Source of the DNA: Xylographa opegraphella
Taxonomy: Eukaryota
Assembly: GCA_022813865.1 (NCBI GenBank)
Contig: JALDZX010000007.1
Coordinates: 248,001 to 312,000 of the forward strand
Reading direction: 5' to 3'
Length of the DNA: 64,000 nucleotides
Shown here: positions 62,565-64,000 of the stretch, piece by piece
Layout of the letters: the number at the start of each line of letters is the position of its first letter
Numbering within the stretch: position 1 is the first letter of the stretch
Position numbers and translations under genes: made by a program
The notes under the pieces: model-generated
Seen by the model: only the letters and a program-made list of their open reading frames with translations
The model's database searches: none
Told to the model about the DNA's origin: nothing

Positions 62565-62913
62565 ATCGTAAGATATCAATAAATCACTGTAGTAAATGCA
62601 AAAAAGACCATGAGAGAGAGACAGAGAAGTACAGAGATGAAAGGGGGCGAGAAGAAAACGAACAGCTTGAAGATTGTGGGCCGGCTGCTGCAATCGTTGT
62701 GCTCTAGTACCGATTCATCGTAGGGGAAAAAATGCCGAGACCGACATAAGACCGACAAACACGATTCACAAGGACAATCAGTTTTGTGACCCACAACATA
62801 GCACTTCGAGGGACCAGAATAGCTGTGATGTCATGCAGCATCATGCTATTGGTACAGTCACACGCTTGTGAACTTTTCGGGGGACCCCATGCCCCTTTAA
62901 GCCGCTAACCCAG

Positions 62914-64000
62914 CTACTGCCCCTGTTCCATCTCCATACTCGTATCCTCGTCCTCCTTGCTCATCACAATGGATTGTTTCTCGCCATGAATCTTCGCATG
63001 GCTGCTCATCGCCTTGTTCAGGCCTTCTCTCTGGAGACACTCATCGTAGTGGAAGCTATGCGCCAAGGCATCCAACTCTTCCATACTCTTACCCTTGAAA
63101 AGTTCCGCGAATTCCGCAGCAAATGACTTGCTCAGGAAGGTTTGGAAGACTGCTCTTAAAACATGCCTCTCTGTCGCCCACGGTCCGGGGTAGGTGTCCT
63201 TGGCAGTTGGCGAAACCTTGTCAATCCATTGTACTAGCGGATTAAGCACTTCTTCAGCTTCTTTGCTTGGATATTTGCCCCAAGCATCAAGTTGAAGTCC
63301 ACGCTTCTTGTCTAGGAATGTCTGTATGAGTCGATTCCACGCGCTCTCTGGGTTGGTATATACCATACCCTGCCATGATGTCAGAACGTCTCAGAAACGG
63401 CGGAGACAAGAGCCTACCTGAACCCCTATATCTTTATAAAGCCATATGCTCCAGTGGATCTGGTACTTATCATATACAGACAGCTGCTGGGAGAGTAGGT
63501 TATAACGCTCAGTGTTGATAGTCTCAGCATCGGCATCGAGGCGAGGGTTCGCATATACTGGACCAAATTCTCCATTCCAGATGGGCGTCTTGTTCTTGGT
63601 CATGAACTCAGCCTTCCGCTTGAATTGGCGTTCAAGCTTCGTGCACTGCTCCTCAGTACCTTTGAAACGGTCACCTGTGGGGAACCCCATCATCGAGTAA
63701 TCATGCAAAGCATAGACGCAATTAGGTAAGATCTTATCGAAGAATTTCCACTCCATTGCAAATGTGTTTCCATCGAGCCAGAGAATATGGTCGGGGTCAA
63801 TCTTTCGGATAGCGGGTTCGATACGATCATAGAAGGCTGGGAGCCGCCAGTGTTCTGGATCGCAGGGCTCGTTGATAGGATTGTAGCCCGCAATCCAGGG
63901 ATTTCCCTTGTACCGCTTCGCAATTTGCTCCCACAGCCATATTGTTCGGTCCTGGTGGTCTTTGAAATCCCAAAATTGTGCTTGACTTGTTGCGTTATCA
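62914..64000 (-). CDS. Glycoside hydrolase family 5 protein, 5' part outside window; exons >64000-63418, 63369-62914
   Basis: WIAGYNPINEP (acid/base Glu), HDY, PIWNGEFGP (nucleophile Glu), WSIWLYKDIG. Intron 63370-63417. Confidence 0.9.

Overview
Eukaryotic, intron-containing DNA from a filamentous ascomycete (Pezizomycotina-type genes with GT..CTRAC/CTAAC..AG introns). I found no rRNA, tRNA or CRISPR. The left ~26.5 kb is part of a secondary-metabolite cluster: a class IV (BCAT/TOXF-like) aminotransferase, a cytochrome P450, a dedicated FAS alpha subunit lacking a PPT domain, a hot-dog thioesterase, an RTA1 exporter and a FAS beta subunit. This is the gene set used to make alpha-amino fatty acids for lipopeptides (aspercryptin/HC-toxin/apicidin type), so an NRPS is predicted to the left of the window. 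The middle holds mostly housekeeping or accessory genes: eEF3, an MDR oxidoreductase paired with a Zn2Cys6 TF, EMW1/TTC27, a glycine-zipper repeat protein, an Hst3-like sirtuin and an Egt2-like PLP lyase. The most unusual element is a six-exon gene at 52201-58148 (-) encoding ~1836 aa. It has an internal endonuclease-free Hint (intein-like) domain with a non-splicing C-terminal junction, followed by a long hydrophobic helical region and a beta-rich C-terminal domain, an architecture reminiscent of autoprocessing toxins. To its right are degraded transposon-like/RIP-like DNA and a 5'-truncated GH5 gene. All gene models were built by eye from splice motifs and reading frames; no database search was run.
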